DNA of 43,588 nucleotides from a virus (Duplodnaviria; Caudoviricetes), in the IMG/VR virus record IMGVR_UViG_3300042807_000312, positions 1-43,588 of that record; one strand, written 5' to 3'. The notes beneath the pieces are model-generated. The model had not been told where the DNA came from. It saw only the letters and a program-made list of their open reading frames with translations, and did no database searches. Each line of letters opens with the position of its first letter. Position 1 is the stretch's first letter. The position numbers were made by a program, and so were the translations under genes. Below are positions 42,328-43,588 of this stretch, piece by piece.

Positions 42328-42789
42328 CTATGGAGCCAGATTGATGGCATCATCTCGGGTGCGGTAACGGATCAGGAAGCGATGGCCGATCCATCCAGCG
42401 GTAGCGTCAGCTGGTTCATACTGCGGCGCCCAGCCATCAGGCTGTACGTCATGCGCTAGGCCGCCGAGGCTGCGGTCAGCCATCATCCGGGCGTGAAGGT
42501 CAACGCCGATCGGATCAGCCAGCTGATCGGGGACATCACCGCGAACGTATATTTCAATCAGCACCGGCAATGCCTGATCCAGACGCCCCAGGCTGGCGCC
42601 GGTGGTGCGTGGTGCGTTGATCGGGTTGTCCTCGCCAGGGCTGACGGTGATCGCTGGCGATTCTGAGCGGCTGTATGCCTGTGTTCTGGAGCGGTAGATC
42701 CTGCTGCCCACCAGCACGGTGCCGGGTAGCACGCTGGTGGTGATGTGAGTAAGGATCTGCTCTCGAATGCTGGGTGCTGGGTTGGTCAT
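42328..42789 (-). CDS. tail completion/terminator protein
   Basis: SIREQIL...RIYRSR..A..R.E.PAI...DR.LGGLA.D...I.YRT. Confidence 0.8.
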   Translation of the reverse strand: MTNPAPSIREQILTHITTSVLPGTVLVGSRIYRSRTQAYSRSESPAITVSPGEDNPINAPRTTGASLGRLDQALPVLIEIYVRGDVPDQLADPIGVDLHARMMADRSLGGLAHDVQPDGWAPQYEPADATAGWIGHRFLIRYRTRDDAINLAP

Positions 42790-43358
42790 GTCTCAGTGTT
42801 GGCAGGCAGCAGCGAGGCGATGAACTCCGCCGGCAGTGCGTATTGCTGCGCCATAGCGGCGATCTGCTGGAGCAGCTCAGGAGAGATACCGCCCACGCTC
42901 AGCACACGCTGCCAGAGGCCAACGAACAGCCTGGCGTCACCCTTGCTGGCTTCCGCCAATCCGATGCTCAGGCCATTGGCCAGTGCAGTCGGGATGTTGT
43001 CGTATAGCTCGGAGATGGCAGGGTTAGCGGCCAACTCAATGCCGAAACCCATCCACTGAGGCTCAGGGGCGTGGGCAGCGTCGTAGCGGGCCTGTTCCTC
43101 TGGGGTGGTGTCGCGCAGCGCCCAGTTGATCTCCCAACCGTTCTCCTCAAGGACTGGCGGCAGTTGCTCGACGGCCTGGAGGCGATGGTCGTAACCATCA
43201 GGCTGTGGGTTGATGGTGACAGGGAAGACGTTGAAGGGGACCAAATCTTCCGGGGTGGGTTCTGCCGGAAATGAAATGTTGGGGTGTGCCTTGCGGAGCT
43301 GCCAGAGGTTGTAGGGGTACTCGGGCTGACCGTCTGTAGTGATGTGGACGTAGTTCAT
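42786..43358 (-). CDS. fibre-assembly-like virion protein
   Basis: YPY.L.QLR..HPNISFP...F.V.PV...P..D...Q...P..E.GW...W pattern; start trimmed to ATG 43358. Confidence 0.6.
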   Translation of the reverse strand: MNYVHITTDGQPEYPYNLWQLRKAHPNISFPAEPTPEDLVPFNVFPVTINPQPDGYDHRLQAVEQLPPVLEENGWEINWALRDTTPEEQARYDAAHAPEPQWMGFGIELAANPAISELYDNIPTALANGLSIGLAEASKGDARLFVGLWQRVLSVGGISPELLQQIAAMAQQYALPAEFIASLLPANTET

Positions 43359-43588
43359 GGGGTGGGTTCCTCCTGGGCGGACAGTTCGGCGACTTGTTCC
43401 GCGATCACGTCGCGGATGATGCGAGCGCGGAGTTGCTGACGGCATTCCTCATCGAGGCGGGCTTGGAGGTCGTCGCGAAAAGCGAGGAGGTCGGTGTTGT
43501 CAGCGTGCTCGGCGTTGATCTTGGCGATGGCCAAGCGGTAGTTGTCGATGTTGACTTGGTAGCCGAGAAGCTCTTGATTGCGGCCTTC
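43355..43588 (-). CDS. hypothetical helical protein (5' end outside window)
   Basis: Read manually: ...EGRNQELLGYQVNIDNYRLAIAKI...EEPTP stop; ATGA overlap with next gene. Confidence 0.7.
   Translation of the reverse strand, partial: EGRNQELLGYQVNIDNYRLAIAKINAEHADNTDLLAFRDDLQARLDEECRQQLRARIIRDVIAEQVAELSAQEEPTP

Larger units (their letters stand above)
1..43588. mobile_element. Siphovirus-type cyanophage/prophage segment (replication, early, lysis and tail modules)
   Basis: Continuous phage gene content, tightly coupled ATGA/TGATG overlaps, tail tube/chaperone/tape-measure synteny, no sheath gene and no host housekeeping genes. Confidence 0.95.

Overview
The whole window is part of a GC-rich tailed phage or prophage (siphovirus-type, non-contractile tail). 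The host is most likely a picocyanobacterium (Cyanobium/Synechococcus-like), inferred from a cyanobacterial-type RpoD-family sigma factor, a lysozyme+C39 endolysin and an NblA-like gene. From left to right: Holliday-junction resolvase; a symmetric iteron-type replication origin (1148-1420); primase-DUF3987 replicase; GIY-YIG endonuclease; SF2 helicase; ERF/SSB/PD-(D/E)xK recombination module; several ribbon-helix-helix regulators; DUF4942-type DNA methyltransferase; many small early genes; dCTP deaminase; Gp157; phage sigma factor; a repeat-rich non-coding att/regulatory-like interval (20457-20906); then the minus-strand late arm (phosphoesterase, HNH, endolysin, glycoside hydrolase, holin-like genes, tail fibre, tail tip, tape measure, frameshifting chaperone, tail tube, tail completion). 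I saw no integrase, CI/Cro, terminase, capsid, tRNA, CRISPR array or reverse transcriptase. The most unusual signals are a 49-aa ORF made almost entirely of the three conserved adenine-MTase motifs and coupled to a full MTase, a recurring GGGTGC-N5-GGGnnCC operator/promoter element, an NblA-like gene beside a palindrome-bounded antisense gene, and a glycoside hydrolase inside the lysis cassette. All family calls come from motif recognition by eye, not database searches.
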